Position numbers and translations under genes: made by a program. Shown here one piece after another: positions 10,837 through 24,187 of a stretch of 64,000 nt of DNA. The stretch comes from Camelus dromedarius (lineage: Eukaryota): positions 114,950,001 to 115,014,000 of the forward strand of contig NC_087436.1 in the NCBI RefSeq assembly GCF_036321535.1, given 5' to 3'. The notes beneath the pieces were generated by a model. It saw only the letters and a list, made by a program, of their open reading frames with translations, had not been told where the DNA came from and ran no database searches. Position 1 is the first letter of the stretch. Each line of letters begins with the position of its first letter.

Positions 10837-11070
10837 CTTGACTGATGGATGATAAAGAGTCAGGGCCTCTTTGAGCTGGATTGTGCCTCTTTTTATACCC
10901 CCATCCATTCTGGCTAAAAGGCACATTTCACGTAAATGGAGAGTTTTATTTAACGCAGATCCCAATCCAATTTGGTTTCCTTGTTATCAGATCGGACTCT
11001 TCAGAAGAAAAAATATGGTAGTTAATATTTACAAATATTGACTTCAGGCCAGCCCTTTGGAACTTAAAAA
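10837..11070 (-). promoter_or_regulatory. TATA-containing endoderm-type (liver/intestine/kidney) promoter with short first exon
   Basis: Minus-strand TATAAAAAG 10897-10889; TGATAA (GATA) 10989-10984; HNF1-like GTTAATATTTACA 11021-11033; FOXA-like AATATTGACTT 11034-11044; HNF4-like CAAAG DR1 at about 11051-11064; donor CAAG|GTGAAA at 10836. Confidence 0.55.
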
Positions 11071-12759
11071 TATAGACTCTTGATTTTCCAGTGATAACTC
11101 AGAAGGAACTGTTTCAGTTAGGGGGTGCACAGTTCCATATTTATACTCTGAAAACTGGTATGTAGGAAAGTGCGCAAATACTATTAGTCAAATTATTATT
11201 AGCATTTTTGCAATACAGCATGCGTTTTTGTAACAATACCACACTCACAGGGGTTGAAGAATTGAGCAGCAGTTTTAAGCTTTGCCCTCACAATCTTGTT
11301 AAATTGGAATAATAAAATCAGTGTAGCTGTAATTACAAAATATAGCATACTTACGGAAATATCTAAGATACTGCTGCACACAGAAGAAATATGGGAGGGT
11401 GGAGAAGGACTAGAATGATCCAAGTTTCTGGGCAAGTCTTGTAATCTTGCTGTTCCTCATCTTTTTCTCTGTTCACTTTGGATAACAATTTGTTTTGTTA
11501 TTTCTATAATGAAGATCAAATGTGACAGTGTTTGTGGAAGCAACATCTAATCTAGCAAATAATTTAGTCTTAACTGCTCAGACTGAAGTTGAAGGACAGA
11601 GAGACTTGGGAAGCAGAATCTGACCCCACATGATGCCTCTACTCCAGCTGACTGGTCAACAGATTGAGTACCTTTCATTTAACGTTCAGCATCAGGGTAT
11701 GTGCAAACTCTGGAACTTCTCTTACTTGGGGCGTTCCCATTTCCTATTTGAAGAATTCCTATCTTGGGTCACATTTGTCTTAGAAAATTATCTGATCTTG
11801 TAAATTTATTTAGGCTGTGGTGTTAACGCATGAAGGTAGATGGATGCCATGTATCTTCATCTGCCCCCAGGGATGGCAAAACCTTTAGACAAGAAAAACA
11901 TACATATATACATATATATTTATATAACATATGGAGGTTCAATTTTATTTACAGATATTGCAGAAAATGGGATTTTTATATTAAAGCAATTATGGATATA
12001 CTTTAAGTCAGAAAGCCAAGTCCACATGAAATTTTAAGATAAAATAGAAAACTTTACATGAATCTCATGCTTTCTGTACAGTCCTACAGTTTTGTTTTCA
12101 CAGGGGCACAAGGAAATTTCCTCTGTCATTAGGGGAACTTCAGTGGAAACGTTTCACAAACACTGATTAAAGTTGACTCCTCCAGAATAGTCTGTTTATG
12201 GGGAGGGTCTTAGAAGGCTCACTTGAATAAATGAGGACTCACAAGCACTTCAAAGCTCAGTGGCAAGAGATAGGTTCATAGGTTATGAATCTATACAAAT
12301 TTCAGAAAAATAGAGATGGGAAAATTGATGAGACACAAAAAGCCAGAGAATGGAAAGGGAGAGTTAAGAAAGAGAACTTTCAGTTCACTTCAAATCACAT
12401 TAATGTGGGTAATCATTTGACTTGCTCTTTTTTGGCTTAAAGTTTCTAGAATGAGACTGATCAACTTAAAGTCCATTGTTCTTCGGGGTGAATATCAGCA
12501 TTTTTGGCTGGGAGAGTCTTGGTGGGGCTACTGTGTTGAAAGGGGTGCTTTAAGCTGAGTTGACATGACATGAATGTATTTTTGTTGTTCATAAAATAAC
12601 GTGGATGGATAAACGAATGGAAGGAAAAGGAGATGTTGAAGACTGTGGTGGAGATATTTAACGTCTTTTGCCCCTTATCTGCCTTGGGCTATTACGACAC
12701 TCCGGGATATTTTGACACTTTGGATACCTCTGGGAAGGTGGCTTGGTGCAGCAGGAAAT

Positions 12760-12935
12760 TCAGACTTTGCTTAGTCATAAAAACGACCTGGGGCGATCGT
12801 TTAAATTTCACATGTTTAACCCGTATCTCAAACTTACCCAGTCAAGAGTTCGAGGTGGAGGCCTGGAAATGTATATTTGTATCAGGTGCTCCAGGTGATT
12901 CTATGACAAAAATACATAGAAAATACTGGTTTAGT
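12760..12935. mobile_element. MER5-family hAT MITE followed by MIR (to about 13140)
   Basis: gaggcctggaaatgtatatttgtatcaggtgctccaggtgattctatga...aaaatactggtttag. Confidence 0.55.
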
Positions 12936-15279
12936 AGAAAGAGATAGAAATTTTGAGCCAGACAGACCCACATAAGCATCCCAGACACTGACTAGCTGTA
13001 TAACTGTGAGTACGTAAGCTTTTAGGTCTCCAGAATGGAAATCAGAACAATTTCTTTCCTACAGGATTGAACCAAACCATAGAAAACCATTCTGCCCATC
13101 ACACCTGGCTCAAAATGGACACACAATACACATTTATTTCCCTCCATTCTTCCCCATGCAGGAACCCAATATTTTTTTTCTCCTATTTTCTTCCCTTTGC
13201 TGGCTGCTTAGAGCCATCCCATAACTCATGGAAGGTCGTGTTCTTTTCCTTCCATGGACATGGAGTTTGGGCAGCATCTGTATGCACAGTAACTGAAGTC
13301 GACATCCCCTGAGTCTGTTAGAACTCTGTATCAGCCAAATATCTTTGCTTATTTTGTTCTTTCCATCCCTGGAGGAGTGTTTTGATAAGTAGCAGATATT
13401 TCAGTATTTAAGTCCTGAGTAGTCTTCTCAAAATCAAACAAATAAAAAAAATCAAACCTAAAAGAAAAATTTCCTACCCCACCTCAGCATTCAAACCTTA
13501 TTGCCTCACTCCTTTACAAAAAGATCCAAACTCAAAGAGGAGAAATATTAGTCCCTGGAGAGAAATATAGCAAGAGGGCTAATGTTTACATAGTAATAGA
13601 ATAAAGTGGATATAGTTATTCCATTGACAAGGTAATTTCTTAAATGGAAATTTCAGTTGTATGTTCAACATACATTCCATAAAGATCTATTGAATACCGT
13701 TGGGTGGTAAGCACTGGTATATATTAGGGATAGAGGATTAATTAGACATAGATCCTGCTTTCACAGATTAAGAGAGGAGGCAGATATACAAAGATAAACA
13801 CACGGTAAGAACATATTAGTGGCATGAGTACTTTTAACAATTCTTTATTTCTGTGGGTTCATACTAACCCATGTTAACTTCCAGGCAACTTTGGAATAAA
13901 AACAATTTCCCCAGATATATTGCAATTATAATCAACAATCTTCTCATTCAGTCTCAACAATACCATTGGAACAAAGTTGCAATCTGTATTCTACATGTAA
14001 CAGGTTTTAACTTTCTTTTCCAATATATTTTATACGGCAGCTTCTGTTATTACTACTACTCACTGCTCTCCTCCAGCACTTATTAAATTCCTGTTCATTA
14101 ATAGATTGCAATGTTTTTTTTAATCCTCCAAAGAAAAAAGAAGGGATTAATATTTATTGAAAATCAACGAGGTGCCAGCTTCATTACGCTAGTTTTCCAT
14201 ACTCAGAGGTACAGCGAGATTTGGGAACAAGAAAAAAATAAGATTACCCTCCAAATGCTAAACCACAAAGCCAGCACATGGTGAAGGAAATTAGCCAGCC
14301 CTAAAAGAAGCAGCCTAAAATAACAGGGTCGAAATGACTCAAGGGGTTATTCCAATCCGGCAGTAGGGACTGAAAGGGGTGCTTTAAGCTAAGTTCTCTA
14401 GCAAAGTCTGGGCCACACCAGCATGGCAAGGTTGAGTTGTGCACAGCAGTGTTAATAAAAAGAGAAGGGAAAGGTGCCAACTGACGTTATTCAGAATAGT
14501 GCAAGCAAGAGAAGGAAGCAGATAAAGATGGGGTCAACTATTCCAGCACTGCCTGGAGGAGGGGGCATCTCAGCCAACAGAGTCGGGTAGGCCGTTCTTA
14601 CTTTGTCAGCCATCCCTGTTTTATAGACATCTAGAAGCTATCTTGGAGGACTTCCCTCAAAATCATTACACTCCCATCGTTTGACTTTCCACTCATCCAA
14701 GTAGACTTCTGGTTAAGACAGGTTTCTCAGCAGAGTGAGGGCAGAGAAAGCATCCACTCACGAAGATTCAAGTAATGTCATTCTTGGCACACATTTTTTT
14801 TCCTCATTAAAAAGTGTTACATCTTTATCTACTCAGTAAATTCGAGCTAAGATTGTCTCAATCCCCCATCCTGTGCCTTAAGGAGAAGTTTAATACTCTT
14901 CCTCATGTACCTGGGAATTCGCCACGGTAGAGGAAAGGGGATACACCTACATTTTTGGGGGCCACCTTTGGCTCTAATTTGCTGTCTTTCCTCATTTTGT
15001 GTCTTGTGGCTGTTCCTTTATCTTCTATCTTCCTTTGACCCAGGAAACTCAACCTCTTTCCTCCATAACCACAGGAAATGTACATTACACATAAGGCCAG
15101 GGTAGGATGGAAACTTCCCCTGCAGTTTTGAGATCATGACTCTTTAGGTCAGTGCAAGTAATTTTAAGTGGAGCCTTAGAAATCCTTATTTTCTTTCGCC
15201 GATCTAGTCATTTCTCTCTCTGCCATCCCTCTCCTCCCTTCTCGCCTTCCCTTTCAGAATTACCTACCTACCTGCCTGG

Positions 15280-15301
15280 ACACACACACACACACACACA
15301 C
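15280..15301. repeat. (AC)n microsatellite
   Basis: Direct reading. Confidence 0.95.
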
Positions 15302-15769
15302 TCACACTTTTCCATTTTCTTTTGAAGCGACCTCAGCTTTCTCTAGTACCTACCCACAATTCAGTTGACGTTTTGAAGTAACTACCAAGGAGGGCCTCGT
15401 CACATTTTTAGATAAATTGCTGTGCCACTTCCCAGATGAGTTTTGAGATAGGGTCCAAGTTCAGATTTCCAATTACAGTAGCATTCTGTTATCTACTTCC
15501 AAATTCTGTGCATTTTGGTTAGTCTTTCTGAAATTGATCACCTCTGGGATTATCATGACCAGGTCACTGGGCTTCAGAGCAGGGACCTAGACCCAGGAGT
15601 TGAGGTCCTACTCAGCTTCAGCTGGACTGACCGCCAGACAAAATTCAGACTTTCTTCTCTGTTAATAGTTCCCTACATTTATATTTTCAGTTGTTGCTAA
15701 GGCTCTAGTTTCCAATGCAACTAGCATAGATAATGTCTTTTAATGATTTCAGCTCCTCCAGACATTCAA

Positions 15770-15910
15770 AATTACTACTATTCTCATTTTACAGCTGAAA
15801 TAACTGAGGTTTCGTGAAGTTTAAGATACTTGCTCAGTGTTGCGCAGCATGTAACAGAGCTGGGATTTATCTTAGATCCAACTTCATCCTTGTGCTCTTT
15901 CTGCAATACT
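15770..15910 (-). mobile_element. MIR
   Basis: cattttacagctgaaataactgaggtttcgtgaagtttaagatacttgctcagtgttgcgcagc. Confidence 0.7.
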
Positions 15911-17080
15911 AAGGAAGCTTATATTTTACTGAGAGCCCGTTTATATGTCTACCTGGTACAAATATTCCTTAAGCTAAATACAAACCCTCTTTCACAAAAT
16001 CCTTTCCGCAGCTCTGATAAGATATTACTCTAGTGTGGGGTCTTTAAAATTGTTGTTCTTTAGTTCTTCAAAGAGTAATTCTTTGTCAAAGGACTAACAA
16101 AAGCGCCTTCTCTCGTCTGTTTCACTTCCAGGACACGTAATGCAAGTATGCTGAGCCCGGTTGTCCCATTTTCCCAAAGCGGGCACGAGGTCAGGTATGT
16201 GTGGTTATTCGGAGTGAATGCGTCATAAACTAGAACATAATAGTTATGTGCACACGTATTCAGCTCAGCCCCAAGAGATTCTATGCAGCTGAACTTATGC
16301 TTTCAAGAGCAGTTGGAAAAAGTGGAGTTCAAACTAGGAGTTAGGATGCACAAAAGGTCCTTGGCTGCATTTGCTCCGTATGCTTCAAATTGCTATATTC
16401 AATCATATCCATGGCTCTGGTTCCAAATGCAAATTATCCTGATAAATACCCAGGCTGCATTTGGGGAGCAGGAATAATTGCACCTATTTAGGGATGTGGT
16501 CAGTGTACACTGCACCTTCGGAGGGTCAGCTCTCTCTAAATAAATTTGGCACAGAGTCTGAGGTCAATAAATGTCGGAAGAGTAAGAAGACTTCAGTTGA
16601 AAATTTGGGGGAAGGCTTACACCTTGTAGGAAAGAAAGTAAATGCTGCTTCTATCCCCATTCTATGAAAGTACAGAGATGCTATAAATAAAGATCCAATC
16701 GGAGTGGGTTTCAGTGACGCCTTCACTTACTGTACCTTCCCATCTATAAGTTATGATATTCCTCTTCTGAGGTGAGTCTTAAAGAAAAAGCCCACGTTAT
16801 CCCATCTCGTGAGCAGAGGAGAGAGGAGCATGGAAAGCAGAATATGTGGCAAGGTCAGAGACACGTGGTTATAGGAGGGGATGACTCCTTTGAAGAGCAG
16901 TGAAGAGTCAGGAAGGGAGAGGGAGCACACTGATGACAGAGTCGTGGAGGACACTGGAGAGGTAGGTAAGGATGAGACCTTGGAGGCCCTGAATGTTATT
17001 CCGAAGATCCTGGGCCTTACCCTGTAGATGACATCAAGTAGGGGGGCTAGGCAGAGTTCATTTTCATGGGACTTCCCTTC

Positions 17081-17320
17081 TTTTTTTTAAATTGACATAT
17101 AGTTGATTTATAATGATGTGTTGGTTTCAGATGTACAGCAGAGTGATTCAGTTATACATATTATATATCCATCCTTTTTCATGTTCTTTTCCATTATAGG
17201 CTATTAAAAGACATTGAATATAGTTTCCTGTGCTATGCAGTAGGTCCTTGTTGTTTGTTTTATGTACAGTAGTGTGTGTCTGTGAACCCCAAACTCCAAA
17301 TTTATCCACACCCCCCGACC
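17081..17320 (-). mobile_element. L1 3' end (cetartiodactyl type), 5'-truncated
   Basis: T-tail then aattgacatatagttgatttataatg...gtacagcagagtgattcagttatacata...aaactccaaatttatcc. Confidence 0.8.
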
Positions 17321-17699
17321 ATAGAATTTTCCTTCTAACTAGAGAGGTGGAATAAACAATTAATCAGCAAAGATCAGGTAAGGATGTGAAATAAAATAGG
17401 TTGAGGCTGAAAAAAACATAATGTTGGAGCCAGAGAGGCCTCATTCAGTTCCCAGGACTAGAACTTGTTGACAGTCCAACCTGGATGAAGCATCAGTTTC
17501 CTCTGGTAACAGCAACAGCAATCTCAGGGCTGTTAGTAGGAAATAGGAGGTGGATCCCCAAGTCCTTGTCTGTTGCTTGTCATTTAGTTTTGCCCCAGAT
17601 GGCATCTACTGAAGGATCTGGATGGGAAATCCAAAGATAGGAACTACATGTGGGCAGACTAGGCAATTGCTCTTTTTGAGACAACCACAACAACATTAG

Positions 17700-17910
17700 T
17701 AGTAATAATGGCCCACATATATACAGCCCTTTGCATGCGTCAACAGTCCTGTGAGGCATATATTCCCATCCTCCTCCTTCTGCAAATGAGAAATTTGCAG
17801 CACAGAGAGGGTAAGTGACTTGGCCAGAATCATGTACCCAGCAAGTGGCACAGCCAGGATTCTCGGCAGTCGGCCTCCATACTTACACTCTTAATCACAG
17901 CCTGGTACCA
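17700..17910 (-). mobile_element. MIR
   Basis: gcaaatgagaaatttgcagcacagagagggtaagtgacttggccagaatc...aagtggcacagccaggatt. Confidence 0.75.
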
Positions 17911-18445
17911 CTTTGTATTTGGGTTGTGCATGATAGCTGGTCAGCTTCTAGCAAAGCATGCAACACGTAGACGTTATTCTGTTAATATTTATGTGGATCT
18001 AGGATCTAAATTGAACTTTATCTCTTGGATAAACCCATGTCACTTTATTTTACAGTCAAGCACACTGAGTCCAGTTTGGCTAACTGGCCAGAAAGCTTAT
18101 AAATGGTGGAGGCAGGTCAGGAAATCAGATCTCCTCCACTCTGATCCATGGCTGCCTCTCTTGCTTAGAACTGAAGGGCAGCAGAAGACTGTTCTCAATG
18201 AAAGGGGTAAGCTTTTTTGGTCACTGGCCTGTGGTGGCTTCTAATTTTCATCATCAGAAACATTTATTTTGGACACTGAGTTTTTAAGGTACTATCTCCA
18301 CCTATAATCACAAAAAAGTAGTAAGATAGTATTAGTTACTCATAATACTACTGGTATTCAGTTACATTTGAGTGGCAGTATGTAGTTCCCAAGTTTTTTG
18401 CAGATTCTCATGTCATGCTTATTGTCTGCACTTACCCTAGACTTT

Positions 18446-19353
18446 TTTAATTTTTATTTTTATTGAAGTATAGTTGATTTACGGTGTTTCAGGTATAAAT
18501 CAAAGTGATTCAGTTATGCGCATATATCTATTCTTTTCTCAGAGTCTTTTTTTATTATAGGTTATTACAAGATACTGAATATAATATAGGTTATTACAAG
18601 ATACTGAATATAATTCCCTGTCCCTTGTTGTTTATATATTTTATATATAGTAGTGTGTATCTGTTAATCCCAAATTCCAAATTTACCCCCCTCTTCCCCT
18701 TTGGTAACTGTAAGTTTGTTCCTTATGTCTGTGAGTCTATTTCTGTTTTGTAAATAAATTCATTTGTATCATATTTTTTAGGTTCCATATATAAATGATA
18801 GCATATGATATTTGTTTTTAATTTAGTATGATAATCTCTAGGTCCATTCATATTGCTGCAAAAGGCATTATTTCCTTCATTTTTTATGTCTGAGTAATAT
18901 TTTATTACTTCTTTATCCAATCTTCTTTATCCAATCATCTGTCAGTTGACATTTATGTTGCTTCCACGTCTTGGCTATTATAAATGGTGCTGCTGTAACA
19001 TTGGGGTATATATATCTTCTTCACTTAGAATTTTCTCTGGATATATGCTCAGAAGTGGGATTGCTGGATCATGTAGTAACTCTGTTTTTAGTTTTTTTAA
19101 GGAACCTCCATACTGTTCTCCACAGTAGCTGTACCAATTTATATTCCCACCAGCAGCGTAGGAGGGTTCCCTTTTCTCCACAGCCTCTCTAGCATTTATT
19201 ATTTGTAGACTTTTTGATGATGGCCATTCTGACTGGTGTGAAGTGATACTTCATTGTGGGTTTGATTTGCGTTTCTCTAATAATTAGCGATGTTGAGCAT
19301 GTTTTCATGTGCCTGTTGGCCATCTGTATGTCTTCTTGGAGAAATGTCTATTT
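18446..19353 (-). mobile_element. L1, 5'-truncated, ORF2 C-terminus plus 3'UTR
   Basis: Track ORF 18978..19181 is L1 ORF2-like ([19 protein letters not shown]). Degenerate TSD acttaccctagacttt (18430) / actgaccctagaccttt (19354). Confidence 0.9.
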
Positions 19354-19829
19354 ACTGACCCTAGACCTTTATACTGGGTTGATCCTGCCAGAAACATACC
19401 CCTATAAACAATATCCAATGCAGACAAGTATTCAGTGTTACTAAATTTAGCTGTAGTTCTGGGCAGTCACGTAAGTCCACTCTTCTCCTTCCCACTTCAT
19501 CACATTATCTTTGGTTTAATTTCACCTCTTTGGTGCTCACTGTTATTTCCATCTACATCCATTCAAAAATGTTCCTTTTCCTGACTTGGTGCTTGGCATT
19601 GAGACTTCCACTCTCCTGCCTGGGTTCTTGTTTAATCCATACTTTGCCTTAGAAGCTCAGATGTCACAAAAATAAAGTCCCTGACCCAAGCATTATCTCT
19701 CCCAAAGCTGGTGGTCATTGACCAGTCAGATGCTTCAGCCCTGCTCAAGGACCAGTCTGAGAAGTAGGGTTTATATATTTCTCAGATTAAGATGCAGACT
19801 CAGGGATTCCATGTGTCTTGCTTGAGTTT

Positions 19830-20303
19830 GTAGCCGAGCCTGTTGGTTATCCTTTAAAATCCACTTTTCTATTATTCTTTGTCAATCTAACTTGTGACTT
19901 TTAGCTAGTCGTGTGACCTGAAATAAGACTACCTTTCCCAGCCTCCCTTGCAGTTAGTTGTGGCCACATGACCGAGTTCTAACCAATGGGGTATAAGTGG
20001 AACGCTGATATGGCAACATGTAGGCCAGCTGTTCCAAACCCCCTGCTCCCTCTTCTTCCTCTCTTCCTTTCTAATGATTGGAACATGGACAGGATGGACG
20101 CAGTCCAAGCAGCTGTCTTAAGGCGTGAGGTGGAAGCCGCACGTTTGAGAGTGGTGGAGCTATAAAGTATAAGGCATAACCATACCAGCCTTGGACTGCC
20201 TGCTTCTAGATTGCATGAGAGATAAACGACGTCTGTCTGTCTGAGTCTCTATTATTTTAGATTTTTTTGTCTCTCAGAGTTGACATAAGTCTTAACTGTC
20301 ATA
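19830..20303 (+). mobile_element. MaLR LTR (MLT1J/I-like), inserted in a MIR
   Basis: tttcccagcctcccttgcagttagttgtggccacatgaccgagttctaaccaatggg...ggactgcctgcttctaga. Confidence 0.7.
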
Positions 20304-21851
20304 AGATCACACAGCTAGTTACTAGTACTCAGTACTTTTGACTCTAAATACAGTTGTCTTTATTTTACCCAACAACAGCTGACACCTCCATCAGGGGTTC
20401 TGTGAAGGTGAATGAGGAAACAGGTGAGAGAATACTTTATAAACTGTAAAAGGCCTCATTTATATGTGAGCAGAAGCAGCATTTTGCACTTGTGAAGAGC
20501 CATGGAAAAGTACTTAATGTCTTAGCTTGCATGTTGGTTGAACAGGTAGGGGAAAAAAACCAAAAAAGCAAAAAGCCATGTTGTACTAGAGACCTGGATT
20601 CCAAATGAACCGGAAACTCCTTTGGCTAATTCTTGGGCCAAAAGACGCCTTTCAAGTGGGGAAGGATGAGTTAGTCCTGAGCTTCCAGGACCTCTCTGAC
20701 GAGCTGCGGTTTAATGCTGCCCAAACTTTTGTGTAAATACACCTACAGCTTAAGTAAAATAGGAAGGATTGGGGATCTGAAATGCCCTAGTTGGGATATT
20801 CTCTGTGTCCACATCTTCTCATGAAGGAAATTGTATTAGTAATAAGCAAATTCCCAGTGTTGGAATTTGAGTTGCTTCGGGAGAGAGTGGCCAGGTTTTC
20901 AGAAGCTTGTTTGCTTTATGAAGAGTACTGGGGTCAGTCTTTGCTGGCCAGAGGTCTCTAACCAGAGACAGGGTTTCACACAGGGCTTTTCATATTTTCT
21001 GACTTGAGCCAGGCTCAAATACCAAGAAGTCTCTCAAGGGTATTTTTGCAAGTTCACTCTTTTTCCTTTTGCAACTGGCAAAGCGCAACCAAAGCCAATG
21101 CTTAGAAGGTATGCATATGCTCTGAACATGTGGTTCAGGCTCCTTTGGAAGGTGTGTTGCATCCTAAAGCAAACATTGTTTTGGAATATTCTGGGGTTGT
21201 TTTCAGCTGTCCTGGCATAAGTCAAGACCGATTATGCTCTATTTTGAAAAGATAAGACAAAATATAATTATTACTCAAGAGGTAGGTCAAGGAACACAGT
21301 GACTGTGAAGAGCAGGGTGAGGAAATCATAATCATTACAATGTCTAACCCTCACTGAGCACATTTCTGCACCACGCGCCGTGCTAGCCCTTTGGATATGC
21401 TGTATCGCCTAATCCTCTCGACAATCGTATGTGCCAGAATGATGGAAAATATTTAACAGCAAATAGAGCTCAGCATGAGTAGGTGAGAACAGATGCTGCT
21501 TCAGTGCTGAGTCTGGGTCCTGGAAGCTTCTTACCTCCCTAGGTCTTAGCCCTTTTGTTTCTGAATTTTGGGGGAGAACTCATGGGGAGGACAGAGCGTT
21601 TACCTCTCCAATCATATCTCTACCCCCTCCTCCCCTCTCCTCTTCTCCCTTCTCCTTCCTGTCTTCATGTCCCCTTTCCTTCTAATCAAGCATTCTGGAG
21701 AGTGAGAGAGTGATCGTCCCACACATGGACTATACTAGCAGAGGCTTAGAATGATGCTTTAGAAATAAAGAGTAGGAAACTGAATTAAAGCAAGTTGGAT
21801 TTCAAGAACAAGGGCAGGAGTAAAGAAAGATTACCAGTGATTACTCAGATC

Positions 21852-24120
21852 AACAGTTCGCAAACTTTTTGACCTCAGAATCTCTTTTAGAATTAAAAAT
21901 ATTGAGGACCCCAAATAGATAATATTTATTTATGTTTATTTACATTTATTTATTATATATATGAATTAAAAATTAAATATTAATTTGTTTTAAAATAACA
22001 ATAGTAAATTATGAAATGGTAACATACAGACTTGTATGAAAAAAATCACTATATATATTTGAAAACAAAATATAGTTAGTGAGAAAACTGTCATTGTTTT
22101 ACATTTTTTGTGGACCATTTTAATGTTTGGTTTAATAGAAGGCAGCTTCTCTCCTATCTGCTTCTTCTTTCATACATTGTAATACATCATTTTGGTTGAA
22201 ATATATGTAGAAAATTCAGTCTCATACAGGTATATAGTTGAAAAAAGAAAGATCATTGTAATCAGCTTTTCAGATCATTGTGAATATTCTTCTTGGGCAC
22301 ACAGGACAGCTGCCAAGTGGTAGCTTCTACAAGATCAGCTGCAGTGTGCAATCTGAACCCACATTGATGAGCTTTGGTTTTCTATTAGATAAACTTGGCT
22401 TTCTGTTACACTAAACTCCATAGGTCTGTCTTGACCTTGGAATGTACATTATACCCATGTATAATTTTGAAACATTTTGCCATTTGAAAAAATACTGTGT
22501 CACTGAATAATTCAGATCTAAATTAGTACTAAGATTTGCATTTGTTATTATCACCACCAATCTTACGAGAAAAGTTTAAGGTTTGAGAAGCTGCCGATCT
22601 CACGGTGAAGAACATAAAGTTTCAAAATCCGAATTTTCACTTTTAGGCTTGAATTTTATCATTGGTGGCAAACACTGCTATGTGTTTTACTTGACTAGAC
22701 AGCCTCACTTCATTGACTTTCAGGAAAATGTTTGTCAAATAACCAAGTTTGAATGAACATAATATTTCATGAAGAAAAAAACGATAGTTCAGCTTTAGTT
22801 CAAAAAATTGCACCATTTCTAGAGATAACTATCAGACTTAATTCTGTAGCAGAAGTAACTTATGGATACTTTCCATTTCACCACACAAAATATTAAAATT
22901 CGTTTGTAATCAAGTGTTGAGATTTATTAAAATTAATAACTTTTAGTGCTTTATTAAGGTCATTCTTAAGTAAAACTGGCTTTTTTCGCCTCCACTTTAA
23001 AAAGTTTCCTGCAAATGTACAATGGTGAAGGACAGCATAAATTCAGTTCTGCAGTTGAGATATGAAGTCTGCATATTTGCAGCTACATCTTTGATTTTGC
23101 AAGTTATTGGAGAGTGGCAGTGCTGTGATTTCTTTTCCTGGCCTTTCATTCAGCAGGCCTTCAGCATCGTCAGCTCCACAAGGGTTTATTAAGCTCTTAG
23201 CTGTTGAGCGCTCTTTGGCCAATGCAGTACATAGCTCCCCTGTAAGATGCTTCAGTGCCTTTTTCATGTTAGCGTGAAAAGCTGTAGAACACAATTGTTG
23301 GCCTAAAGGGCGCATTGTGCTTTCATTTAAAATATTCAGTTTCTTTTTCTCAAACTCTGGGTGTTTTAATTTCAGAATGGCATTTCTGAATAAATAAAGA
23401 ATAAATACTGTGTTACATAAGACATAATCAAGTAAAATACTTTTTGTCATCGTCTCATTTTTTATTTATAGTTTTCTGCATATGTTCCTCATATGACATC
23501 TTCCCCAGATTCTTAATTGTAGACTCTTCTCTAGTATGAGTTAGAAAACTCTGAAATCTCAGTTACGTTTTCTTCCCAGCATATGTAGATGTGGATGGTG
23601 CGGATGTGGGTTGCGAGAGCAAGGCTTCTAATTTCCCTTTATAAATCAAGGCTCCATCCTAAAGTACAAGTAAGTACACTAAAGTGTATTTATCTCTTGC
23701 TGTGTTTTTTATGTAAGTACAAGGGGAATTTAGGCATTTCAAGCAAATGATTGTTGGTCAAAGATGAACTGTGGAGACTGTAGCAGGTATAACCAAAACA
23801 AACGGACAAAAGCCCAGTAGAAGTACTCAGAATCAGCCTGAGTCAATCTCTGCAAATGCACATGTTTATTCTCTAAAACTACAATAGTAGAAAATTCTAG
23901 AAAAGCATGATAATACACAAACACACACTCTATCAGCCATCAGAATAGTGGATGACATCATCACACATCACAGAGAATCTAGAAATGTCCACCGTACAGC
24001 CATGAAAAAATAAGAGTAAAATAGGCAAATAACTCTTAATGTTATTATGAAAATAGTTTTTATTTATGGGTGCCTTGAAAGGGTCTTATGGAAAGTGGGG
24101 CTACACTATTAGAATTACTA
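21852..24120 (-). mobile_element. Charlie1 hAT DNA transposon with transposase remnant
   Basis: Termini caaactttttgacctcagaatctcttttagaattaaaaatattgaggacccc and ttattatgaaaatagttt...gaaagggtctt. ORF 23043..23450 (KHPEFEKK...KALKH...LINPC...KEITALPLSNN) resembles Charlie/Buster transposase. Confidence 0.85.
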
Positions 24121-24187
24121 GTTATGAGCATGGAAGCCTGAAATTTTTTTTATAGACCGAAGGAAGCATGGTACATGAACAGATGAG

